From: Chrysomallon squamiferum
Taxonomy: Eukaryota; Animalia; Mollusca
Length of the DNA: 64,000 nt
Direction: 5' to 3'
Assembly: GCA_012295275.1 (NCBI GenBank)
Contig: CM022673.1
Span: 2,480,001-2,544,000 of the forward strand
The position numbers and the translations under genes were made by a program. Positions 36,249 through 49,100 of the stretch are shown here, one piece after another. The notes under the pieces were generated by a model, which was not told the DNA's origin, searched no databases, and was given only the letters and a program-made list of their open reading frames with translations. How positions within the stretch are numbered: the stretch's first letter is position 1; every line of letters begins with the position of its first letter.

Positions 36249-37069
36249 TTAAATCCAAAATGTCAAGAAAGAACTATATGAATAATTAATTAAACCCCAA
36301 GCAATTCCTTGAGAGAAATATCCAGTTGTGAAACTACACCAACTTGATACTGTCTGTAAAATATTGACTTTTAAAAGTGACTGGATAAATTATATGATTA
36401 GTGATATGATCTCATGACTAAAAGCTTTGTTATGCAGCTGACTACATTTTTAATTTATTGTAACTGGATTCATATATTTAAGTAGACAAATATTGAGTAC
36501 CTATGTTGTCCATGACTAGAACTAATTGGATCTATATGTCTCTGAAATATTAGTTTGTTACTAGAAAGATGTATTCAGCTACTAAATCTATCTTTTAAAT
36601 ACCTTACGTCATTTTAAAAATATTTCCATGTAGTTGTATTTATACAGAATACCTACATTTACCTTGACTAAACCTAACAGGATCCACCTGTCTCTGAAAT
36701 ATTTTATAACTAGAAATAAATATATTCAGCTACAGAGAGTGCCACTGGAGGATAAACCTGAGACTTTGGATGGTGTCAGGGGAAAACACATTAAGGGTTA
36801 CTGTGAATTGGTGGATTTTTAAGATTTAGCTTTTAATAAGTGGTCTGAAAACTTTGTTGTAATCAGAATAGTATAGTGAAGTAGAAACAGTGGGATATTT
36901 GTTTTTCTCTTATTAGTTAAAACTATGTATTGACTTTTGAAACTCTTTTATGGTAACAACTATAAATAGTATAATTTTTATGTATGTATTGTTGCTTTTA
37001 AGGAAAAAAGGTTAGTTGGGTACAGTATGCACACACATCAAGGTAGATACAAGCTTAAACAGACATACA

Positions 37070-37135
<66 letters not shown>
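37070..37135. repeat. (CA)n microsatellite, one of many
   Basis: Long perfect CA run. Other simple repeats: (AAT/ATT)n at ~1135-1197, 3710-3752, 35480-35650, 41628-41705, 56243-56300 and 56651-56730; (CA/GT)n at 11069-11114, 32718-32756 and 46128-46167. Confidence 0.95.
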
Positions 37136-37138
<3 letters not shown>

Positions 37139-40096
37139 TACAGCATGTTTCTTATTTTCAATAAGGATATTTAAACACCTCAGGAGTATATCTGCCAAAA
37201 TGTTGTTACAAAATCATATCCCTTTAACATGTAATTTAAGGAAAATTTCATCTCTTAAATCTCTTATCACAATCACTATATATATAAAACAGACAAAAGG
37301 TTTGTGTGATGAAAAATCTTTTAGCATTATCATCCAGTTTAATCAAGATTCTGAGTTAGTTTCTATTAGGCACTGAAAACCATAGATTTAGTTTCTTCTT
37401 TTTCAAAACCCATTTTCAAATTAAACATTTTTAATTATTAATATCTTCATCAGTTGTTTTTTGTTGAAATGTTTATCTTTTTGTCTGCATTTTGTATTAT
37501 TTTCTTCAATTTTATGTATGCCATGTTGTTTTTGATCTTTTTCAGCTTTGGTGAATTTTTGTACAGTTACTCATTGAAGAATTTTTGTACAGTTACTCAT
37601 TGATGAAATGATATAAACTTTTAAATAATTTTTGATAAAACTGTCCTCACTGATAAGATGTCCACAAATTTTTATATTTCTTCACATTAATATAATGGCA
37701 GTAATTTTTATAATTACAGTATATTTATAACATTTAAGAAATTTTTGATTGTTTTTTATCACATTTTCAGTGTTTAAGTAAAACAGTTGTCTTTTTTAAA
37801 AAGGAATAAAAAATAAATGGCCAACAATACACTGATATTATTTGTTACGTCTTGCCTTTCTCACAGGTTTAAAACAGACAATGTTCTTATCAATAGAGAC
37901 AGTAGTCTTAAAAAATACTTCACAAGAACTGATGAAATTACAAATTGTTGTAGTTTGATACAGCAAAAGTAATATTCATTACAAATGCAAAAATGGTATT
38001 AATACAAATTCAGTGACAGCTTTTTAATTAAATGTTAGGTTATCAATACACAGACTGATACTACAACTACTAGTGACAAAATAATAAAATGAAAAACAGT
38101 ATAGTTAAATATTTAAAATGTTGAACTGGGCCAACTCTATTTTGTATTTTGAAAAAAAACAAAGACAATATTTGTAATTATTAAAACAGCATGAAAATAT
38201 ACATCATACACAAAATACAGGTTTTTAATTTCATTTGTTATATTTTTTCAAAATGAAATGAAATCCATTGATATGGTATTTAATCAGTTTTTTTAAATCA
38301 AAGACTTTTTATTCTGTTAAATTTTATTAATTTGCCTTATGCAAGTTTTGCATCTTGTTACTTATTTTTCCTTTTGTTATATAATATTTATAGCAATCTA
38401 CAATTACAATTTTTAGAACATTTTTTAAACAGAAAAAAAATGGGCTGAAGATATGGCAACATTAGTTTTTATCATTATTAAATTATATATATATATATAT
38501 CCCAATTTAATTTTCTTTCATTTATCAAACATTTCATTTTCACCGTAATTAACCCTGTTTTACAGTCACCAGTGAACTATTTGATTGTAAATTACAATAA
38601 TTTTTGTAACTTTAGGTGCTTATTGATCTCAGTTTGTTTTTAATATATTTGATTACAACTTGTATATTACTCATTATATAGATTTTATATTATAATAATT
38701 TTAAAAATTATGGTGGCTGGTTACTAGTAGAAATTAATTTAGAATTAAACCAAATTATTATAATCTCTAGTATATTAGTTAAGTAGTTTAATATTTGCTA
38801 TATTTTTACATTTTTTATATTTATTTGATGTCATGTTTAAACATTATTTTATAATTTTACTTAATCATATTTTATTTATTTTTTTTAATTATTATTGTTG
38901 TTTTTTTTTTAATGTTGTTTGAATTTGTGTTTACAAGAAGAAGCAATAAGTATACAGAAATTTTATAAAGAATCAAAAATTTGTTTTCCATTTTCAGTAA
39001 TTCCATCCATTTTTACATTTTTACTATGTTGATGTCCATTTTGTGTTGGGGCACATATCTGTGATAAACATCATCTCTTCTGTTATTATAAATGTTGTAA
39101 AATTATACTGTTGTTCTTTTTTTTTTGTACAAATTATATACCATACATGTGTCATTTATAAACAATGATTAGAATTTAAAATCTTTTTATAATCTAAAAA
39201 TTTAAGAGTATAATATACAGATATGTTTACCTCTAAGGTATTTATTGTTTTCATGACCTTTATTGACAATTCAAAATGTATGAACAATACAAATGAGTCC
39301 AATGAATTTGAGTTAAAACCGACTTTGCTGTAATTAAATGAATTAATGAATGCATATCAACTAAATATATTTGTGTCCATTCTTTATCTATGTATTATCT
39401 ATCTTTTTGAAAAAGTTAAACATTTTGTAATTGCAAAAATATAAAGTTTAAATTCATAAAGTACAGGTCACCATTCCTTTATTTGAATATTTTATGAACA
39501 AACCATAAAAATGTAATAGTCTAAAAGAGTTTATTAGCATGGAAAATATTCATGGAGTAAATAAAATCAATGTGAACATAATTAGACAGGAAAGGTTTTA
39601 TGACAGGGGGGAAAGAAAAAAAGAATGTTTTTTTTTTTTTAAATATTCAGATAAAAGAAGGATCACCTTAATTTAATATATGTTAAATAAATATATAATA
39701 CTATTAAACATTTTTGTGAAAACGTTTCTTCAAAATCAGGTGTAAAAACAAAAAAAAAATTCTGTTTTACTATTATTTTATTCCATTTTATTTTTTATTT
39801 ATATTCAGTTGTAAATAATGTATGCTTATAATCAAAACTGTAGTTTTGGAGAGTATCTTAGATACTTAGAGTAAAATATTATTAAATGTTTTACATCTTT
39901 AATTTACAAAAAATTAAAATGTTATACAAATAAAAATTTTAGCAATGCTCTGTGTTTGTGGGTTTTTTTTGTTTGTTTGTTGTTATTTCTTAGAAATTTT
40001 CTTTGTCAGGCTATTCAGTATTTGCAGCAGTCCAAGTTAGCCTCTTTATATTCATCAAAGTACCCCCCCAAAAATTAAAATAATAATAATAATATC

Positions 40097-40139
<43 letters not shown>

Positions 40140-40369
40140 TTATATACATATAATGATATATCTAAACTAAGATTGGCAGCTCAATCATCAATCATTCAAT
40201 CAATCAATGCCACCAGAAATCGCACATTCATGATATTGTGGTCTATGCCTATATTTCCGACACTCTTAAAATTTTGTTGACATTAACATTCTGAAAGATG
40301 AATCTCAAACTAGTCTGAATTATCTTTTAAAATGACACCCTAAAATAGTAATAATTGTAAATAAATAAA

Positions 40370-40605
40370 TACACGTGCAATTTCGTCGGCTCCTTTCTAA
40401 TTCTGCATGTACATTTCAGCATCGGTTTTACTCGGCAATGTCCGTCTTTTTTCGGTCCTTCAGCTATCAGCCAATCGAATAGGTGCTTTTTCATTCAACG
40501 TGGGGATTTCAAAAAATAAAGATGGTGTCAAAGTGTCAGAAATCAAGGAAGAGTAATGTTTGAACGCTGATAAAAGCTTTTTTTATAAATGTTTTAATGC
40601 ATAAG
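40370..40605 (+). promoter_or_regulatory. Probable KIF18A promoter and non-coding first exon with G2/M-type elements
   Basis: CpG-enriched patch; E-box CACGTG ~40372; AGCCAATC at 40469-40476; CHR-like TTCAAA at 40508-40513 and TTTGAA at 40559-40564; donor AAG|GTATTG at 40605/6, upstream of the acceptor at 41081. Confidence 0.6.
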
Positions 40606-41101
40606 GTATTGTACAAATTTTACAATGAAATTAGGCAGTTAAATGCATTGTTGCTTTAAACATTTTGGATGCATCTAATACATTTTAATAAACTTTTATA
40701 ACCATCGTTACCATCGATCTCAGGATCTCCGATCTGATCGTATCAAAACAGAACTTACATTTTGTATTACTAATTTACTGTTAGTGTTAATTATTAATTG
40801 AATTATTGAAAATCGGATTATATTTACCACTTAAAACTGTAATAATAGTATTAATTAATAAAAGTTAAAATGAATCAAAGTTACTGAAATTCCCTATGAC
40901 TCGTATAACTGAATAATTATAATCATTCAATATGTTAATCATACTGTGTTTACAATATTAAATATAATGATTTTTTTTAAAAATTGGATTTGTATTTTAG
41001 AATTTATTTCCTTTTCTTTTCTTCTTATTATTGATTGATTGATTGATTTTATATTTTATTATTATTATTATTATTTTTCAGAATGGTGTCAGTTCAAAAC
41101 A

Positions 41102-41630
41102 ATGACTGAACAATCAATAAGACGAAGACGCCCTAGCAGTTCATACAGTCGATCTGTTCATGGTGATGTTGTTGCTAATGTTAAAGTTGTTGTTAGAATT
41201 CGTCCACCGAATGCTGCAGAACAGAGAGAAGCTAGCAGTATTGTTGTTCATCAAATAAATGAAAATGTCTTGGTGTTCGATCCAGCAGAACAGTCTAAAG
41301 ATTGTGATTTTCAAAAGACTACCCGAGATATTCGGAAGAGAAGAAACAAAGACATGAAATTTGCTTTTGATTACATCTTTGGTACAAATTCAACAAATAC
41401 TGAAGTATTTGAGCAAACTACAAAAACAATTCTTGATGGACTTTTGCAAGGATATAACTGTTCAGGTAACAGTATATGATAATAATATATATTGAAAAAA
41501 TTATAACAGAATTGTGAATGTATCTCAATGATGAATTTGAAATAATAAATAAATATATTTGTTGTAATATACATATATATTTATTTATTATTTATTTATT
41601 TTTTTATTTTTTTATTTTTTTATTTATTTA

Positions 41631-41707
<77 letters not shown>

Positions 41708-44700
41708 AAAAAATCTGACATCTAAGTAGTTGCATCCAAATAAAGCTCTGAGTGAGTTTTCTGTTAATGGACAGCTTCTGAAAATAATTTATTATTTCTC
41801 AATTTGAAGCATGTTATTGTTAATTTATGTCTGATTCTTACTTAAATTTCAAATTCAAAGAAATATTTTATCATTTTAGCTTTAATCTATTTTAACACTT
41901 TTTAATCATTCTCTGAACTTTATTATGAAAACAAATAACATAACAACAATACATTTCTGATTATGTATCAACAGTTGCTAATACCTTCAGTATCTCTTTC
42001 CCTTTAAAGTCTTTGCTTATGGTGCTACTGGAGCAGGAAAGACACACACTATGCTTGGCAGTGCTGAACACCCTGGAGTTGTGTATCACACGATGATTGA
42101 TCTGTATCAAAGAATAGCCAACATTCAGGACGAGAAGACATGCAGTGTGGCAGTGTCATATCTTGAGGTTAGTGATTTTAGTCAGCATTATTTATCATAG
42201 GTAGGCCTGCAAGTAAAAATTGTGTATTGAATAGGTGAACAAATGTTTGAAATTAGTCATCATTTTGAACAGTGTCTTGTCACAAAATACCATGTGCACA
42301 TTTCAGACACCAATACACAGTTATCTTACATAATATTGCTATCTGTATTTTTGACAATATTGAATTTTAGTAACTGGCTGTTTAACTGTATAATGTACAA
42401 AATGCAGTATAAGTTTGAGAATTTGGTACAAAATTCTTTAATGTTTTGTATAGTTTTACTGACACAGTATTAAATTTGAGAGACAATGGCTAAGAAGAGT
42501 TTTGAAAACATAATATTCCATGCAAGCACACAACAGCTCCAAGATTAGTGTATTACTAATGATTATTAATTAAGATGAAGTGAAAAATCTGTTAATTTTT
42601 TTAATTTCAGTTACAAAGTTCCTTAAAATTGAGTGGAGTATATAAATTGTTAGAAAATGGTTCTTAATAATGATAATTAATTTTTTACATATTTAGATAT
42701 ATATGTGTGTGTATGTAATTTTTTGGTATGAACAATTAGTCTTTTTGGAATCAGTAGTTTCACAAAGATTTATTTAAATATACTATTATGCAGCTTTATT
42801 TTATTGTTTTTGTTTCAGGTGTACAATGAACAGATTCGTGATTTACTTATCTCTCATGGAAGTGCTGTTCTTCCAGTAAGAGAGGATCCAAAGCTTGGTG
42901 TGGTCATCACTGGTTTATCACTGCACAAGGTATGAGAGTTGCATTTAAAATAAACTGTCGATTTTATCAGCTTCATTTGGTTAAATGCACACACACACAC
43001 ACACGCGCGTATGTATATGTATATGTATATGTATGTATACAAACACATAATATTGCTCTTATTCGTGTATTTTTCACAATACTGAGGATTTACAATGTGT
43101 AACCAAACAAAATGATTTCTTTCTTTTTTTTTAAATCAATTTTCTACTGCATTTACGTCTTTGATTTTGTTGACATGTTTTTCACATTCATCAAGCATTG
43201 AATTATTCCTCAGATAACTTTAATTTAAGACACTTTTATACTGTTAACAGCCCAAGACTGCAGAAGAGCTTCTTCATATGCTTCAGTTTGGTAACCAGAA
43301 TCGAACCCAGCACCCGACTGATGCCAATGCTGAGTCTTCAAGATCTCATGCAGTCTTTCAGGTATAATACCATCTAAACCAATATATTTGCTATCTTAGA
43401 TTCTTTTGAAATACCACCGTAGATATCTGTAATTACTGCATAATGCTTTTGTAGCAAAAAAGTTTGTTTATTATTCAGAAACAGAATTATTTCATGGTTT
43501 TGTTTTTTGGCATTATTGTATTGCAGAACTAACCTAACACATTTTTACTTTTATTATTGATATAGATATTTTGGTTGATTTAATATTAACATTCATTCAT
43601 TCAGTTTCTGAATGATAAATGAATCCCGACTTGATTTTTGAAAATATTGCTTTTTTTTTTTATATTTTAAATGATGGTATTCATTCCCCTTTTCAAAATT
43701 TCTGTACCTGCCTTAGTGTTGACTTTATCATTTATTTATTTTTATTACTCAAGGTTTTTATAAGACAAAAAGAGAAAACTGCCAATATTTCCACTGAAGT
43801 CCGAGTTGCCAAAATGTGCCTGGTTGATCTGGCAGGATCTGAAAGAGCCATGGTAACCAAGAACAGAGGATCACGTTTCCGAGAAGGAGCAAATATCAAC
43901 CGCTCTCTGCTAGCTCTGGGCAATGTCATTAATGCACTAGCTGATAACAAGGTTTGCAAGGGCTAAAATGTTACATGCATTTTGTATAAAATCTTTACCA
44001 CATTAAATTTAAACATATCAGTTTCAGTTAATTTATATTTTATGTTTACACATGTTTGTGCAAAATAAATAAATAAATCTCACCACATTCACTATAGAAG
44101 TTAGCATTTTGTTGCAACCAGTGGACAATGGACACATTGTTGTTTACAAAACTATTTAAAAATAAATAAATAAATAAATCTCAACAAATTTTCTATAAAA
44201 ATTTGCATTTTATTGCAATCAGTGGACAAAATTATGAATGTCAAAATAATAAGAGTTTTCATTGTTTCAGTCCTAAGTTTAGTGATGTAGTATATTTATA
44301 AAATTTCCAATTACTGATTTTAAAAGAATGATTTCTACTTTGTGTCTTTTGTTTTAGTATAAAGGTCACATTCCTTACCGTGACAGCAAACTAACTCGAC
44401 TGTTGAAAGACTCACTTGGTGGAAACTGTCATACTGTAATGATAGCAGCTGTCAGGTAATTTGTAATACCTAATAATCCCATTTAATGCCAGGAAAATAC
44501 AGCTATTTGTGTGGTTAGTGGTAAATGGTTGTAGGGGAGGCAATGGCCAAAGGGAACTAACTCTAGTTAACTAGCCTATGCAATATAAGTGGTCTTTTTA
44601 ATTCCTCCATTACATTATTTCAGTTCTTTTGATAATAGCTTTTAAAATCATTTATATTATTTTATTTAATTAAAAGATGACTGACTGTTGACTGTTTCAT

Positions 44701-45901
44701 TTCTATTTATTATATTATTTTCAGTTCTTTTGAAATAGCATTTAAAAACATTTCTTTACAATACTTTTTGATTCTAATTAAAAGATGATCAAACAGTTGC
44801 TATTTTCTATTATTAAATGTTTTACAAATGTTTCAATCTATTTTTTTTAAAATAATTTTAATCAAAACAGATAATAATTATATGCTTTTGTTTTTCTTTT
44901 CATAAATATTAAAAGGTTTGTTTTTGTTTCATACCAACTGTTGAGGTGTTTTGATAGATATCTTAGTGAAAATATATTCATGGAACAGAAAAATGTCTGA
45001 ATGTTATGCATTACTAGTAATTAATGTTATTTTGTATGCACTGTATAATTGGATTTCATTCTGCAGTCCATCCAGGCTGTCATACGATGATACATACAAC
45101 ACACTGAAGTATGCTGATCGTGCCAAACACATACAAGCCATAGTAAGATTTTCATTTCATTTTTTGTAATATACAGATATGTGTGTGAGCATGTGTGTGT
45201 GTGTGTGTGTGTGTGTCATGAACAAAATGTTATTATAATATGTTTTCATTTTTATTTGTAATATTTAATCATGATATGTTTGCTGATTTGAAAACGGATC
45301 AAAGTTATTATATATTTTTTTTTTAAATCTGTTATTATTATTTTGTTTAATTCAGGTAAAGAAAAATATCCTTAGTGTGGATTTTCATGTCAGTCGATAT
45401 GGTCAGATTGTTGAAGAACTTAGAACAGAGGTAAGAACACACTACCATTAAAATGTTTTATTCTTTCTTGTTTTGTAAGACATGATAAATAATTCTGTAA
45501 ATATTGTAAGGGTGTCTTATAATTTCTTTTGATCTTGGTCAGTAAGTCATTCCTTATATGTTCAAAATCTCTTTCAAGAAGAGTGACTTTTTACCAATAA
45601 TGTTCAAAAGAGATTTTGTGGTTTAGTTTATATAGTATATTTAATTTGTAAGTTCCATTAACTGTAATAAATGAAATAACAGTTTTAGATAAAAATGGCT
45701 ATTTATGATAATTTGTTAAATCACATTTATGGTTTTGCTTTACAAAGGGTTGTACATATTTTATTTCAGATTGGCTGCTTGAAAGAGAGGGTTAAAAAAT
45801 ATGAGGAGGGAAAAGTGGTTGCAGTTGGAAAAATTTCATGTCACACAGAAATTTTCAGGTAAAGATGTCCATGTTAAAACATTATACTTACACTATTATT
45901 A

Positions 45902-45941
<40 letters not shown>

Positions 45942-46126
45942 TATTATTAGTATTAATGTTCCTTTCTACTCAAACATATTAGTAGATGTTATTATTATTA
46001 TTATTATTACTGTTATTATTAGTATTAATGTTCCTTTCTACTCAAACATATTAGTAGATATTTTGGATTTATTTTTCCAGTAATTTTCTTATTTTAAATT
46101 AGTTTAATTCAAGTATTACACTTTTT

Positions 46127-46169
<43 letters not shown>

Positions 46170-49100
46170 TATTTTTATTTTTGAATTTTAATTATTTATA
46201 GACTGCAGGATGTTCTGTATCGACTTTTCTCAACTCGTATTGATATCCGACTGGAACAGTTAAGTCTTGAAAGTTCTCACAGAGACCGATTACTGAGAAT
46301 CTACAGAAAAGAGAAATGTCTTCAGAGGTTACAGATAATGACTGACACACAAAATGGGGTAATTTTAGACTTTGCTTTTATTTATTTTTAACTGTTCTCA
46401 TCAATTATTATTATTATTTTGCAGATGAAATTATAGTATTTTTATGTGTTAAGAATATATGGTGTTTTAGAAATGTTTGTTGATTCGATTCATTGGTTTT
46501 CAAAATTTATATCTGAAAATGCTTAAAATATTTATTTTTAATTTAAAAGTTTCTTTAATTATCTCTCTCTCGATTTAAAAAAAAACAACAACAAAAACCC
46601 ATTGTTTTTGTTGTTTTGTTTTTTTTATGGAAAAGGAGAGGTATTTAATTGCAATAAAATAAAATTCACAGATCTCCTTTTTGGATGACATATTATATTG
46701 TACATATATATAAATATATATATAAATATAAATATTTTTTTTTGAGGGGGGAAGGTTCTTCTTCTTTTTTATTATTATTATTTATTTAATTTTAATTTTA
46801 ATTTTTTTCCCATTTGTACTAGATTTTTTCCAAGGTACAAAAGAATATAATGTGCACAAAGCTGAAGCTGAGAGATCTTGAAAAGAAGAAAGAATTTGCT
46901 GCAGTAAAATTTGATGAAAACACCTGCTGGTTAAAACAAGTAGAGTCTGAGATTCTGAAAGTGGGTGGAGGTCAGGTCATGCCAGAGGTCAGTTGTTAAC
47001 ATTTACTCCAAGTCTAGATAATGTGCTGCCTGCCTTCTTTGCATTCTTATTCAGGTTTTTCAGATGTGATGAATTTTTCACTTTGTTATTTTCATCATGT
47101 GAAGACTGCTGTATGATTAGCATGTGAATGATTATCCGGTCAAAGACAGTGATTATGTGCTAAATAAATAAGAGAAAAACATCAGTTCATTTCTTCCTTC
47201 ATGGCATCATTAAAAAAAATAGTATTTAACATCTCTTATTTATTGAGTTGAAAATTTGTTAACAGATTTTCTTATTAATTATATTTGATGAAGTTTTGAT
47301 AATGGGAGTTGAAAATTTCAGAACAAGCATATGCCAAGGTGTTATTTTTTTTGCCTTCTTTTTCTTAGATTTATTATATTTTTTTCAAACCATTTTTCAC
47401 TTGGATGAAATCTTTCTTTGTTTTTGTTTTTATCTATCTATATCATCTATATATATATATATATTACACAGAATTGAATTTTTTTTTTCTTTCTTTTTTT
47501 TTTTTCTTTTTTAATATATTATCACTATTAATTTAATTTTGATATTTTAAGATGCTTGAGTTAAGTCTGAGGATGCACAAGTTGGAGGTTGAACTCGGCG
47601 ACACAAGACAAAATGTCAAACACCTGCGTAAACTCGTCAAAGTACAGGAACGAGATAAACAGACTAATGACAGGTGGGTTTCGTTTCTTATGTCATGTCA
47701 GTGTTAACAAATGTTTTACTCAAAACACTTATCAGTAAGGTGCCAGTAGAAAAGACAGGAGAAGATTTTGTTGGAGATTGTGGTTGTTATTTATACTTCT
47801 TATTTATTTATTAATTTAAAAAAAAAAAATTTTTTTTTACTTTTGGACTAATATGTAAATTTTTCTAAAAGGAAAGAAAATTAAATTTTAGTAATATTTT
47901 ATACCAAATTTTCTTATTTATTTATTAATTTGTTTTGTCAAAGAATATTTGATATCTGATTGTATTAGTATAAATTATTTGGAGTTTAACTTGGACAGTT
48001 GAAGCTAGCATTATAGTACTCAGTATTAGTACATAGTCTGTGTATGAATTATTTATAAAGTAACATTATGGTTAGGTTAATTTAAATGTTTGTCTAATAC
48101 TGACATAAGCAAAAATAAGAAAAACAATATTAACAGTTAATTTTCATAGCCTATAATATACTCTCCTTAAAAAGACAGGACAATAAATGACCAGGCTAAC
48201 TACAATTATTCTGCTTTATATTTTAATCTATAGACTGATAATGGGTCTCCTGAACCTGGTGAAAAAACAACACTTCATCCTGAAAGGTCATGGTCTGATG
48301 ACTTTTGACATGACCTCTGAGTTTGACGGCATTCTGCAGTCGATGGAGCGCACCGAGGTGACTTGGGCTGACGAGGTGACAGGTGTATCGCCAGAGACGG
48401 AGTATCACATTGACAGAGTCGTCGACTTGCCCTTGCTTGAGCCTCTCCCACTCAAACGTAAGTCCTGTCTTGTTCCTGGGACTCACACTAATTTATAACC
48501 TGTGAAAAAATATATATATTTTGAAAGTTCCACATGAAATTGAAGGAAAAATTAAGGCATGGACTTACCCTTTATGTTTTTCATTTATTTATTTAATAAC
48601 AGATATATATTTAAAACAGATATTTCCAAATCTGATTTAATCTGTATCATTCTTGGATTGGTAGTTTTTTTTGAAAATTATATCAGAGATGCTTTTACGC
48701 CTCTAGCAAAGGTAAAATATATTTGAAAGAATTTGTTATTGTATGAGATATATATTACATATAGGGTGTGACATGATAATACGTAATGCAATGTTTACTG
48801 CAGGTGGCACACCAAGTCGTCTGAGGAGAATCAAACAGCAGTGTCTCACCCCAGGAGTCAGCAACAAGTTTTTATCTGCCCATGACCCTGAACTTTCCTT
48901 ACCCACTGCAGTTTCTGGTAAGATGATTATTACCAGTAAGAGTCTCTCCAGCGCAAGACTTTGGACTAGATCCTCAGTATTCTCCTTGTGTTCTCTTGTT
49001 ATCACTCAAGGGTTCACTGTATTTAGTTTCCTGGAGGAAAGGCAGTGTTTGATGCCCTCCTTTTTTTTTAATTTGAGATTGCAAGTACATTACATATTTT

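Noticed and set aside
36730-36822. Possible alternative last exon of DCDC1 (LQRVPLEDKPETLDG...)
   Set aside because: Phase-compatible, but the acceptor has no polypyrimidine tract and lies in a degenerate local repeat; no other support.
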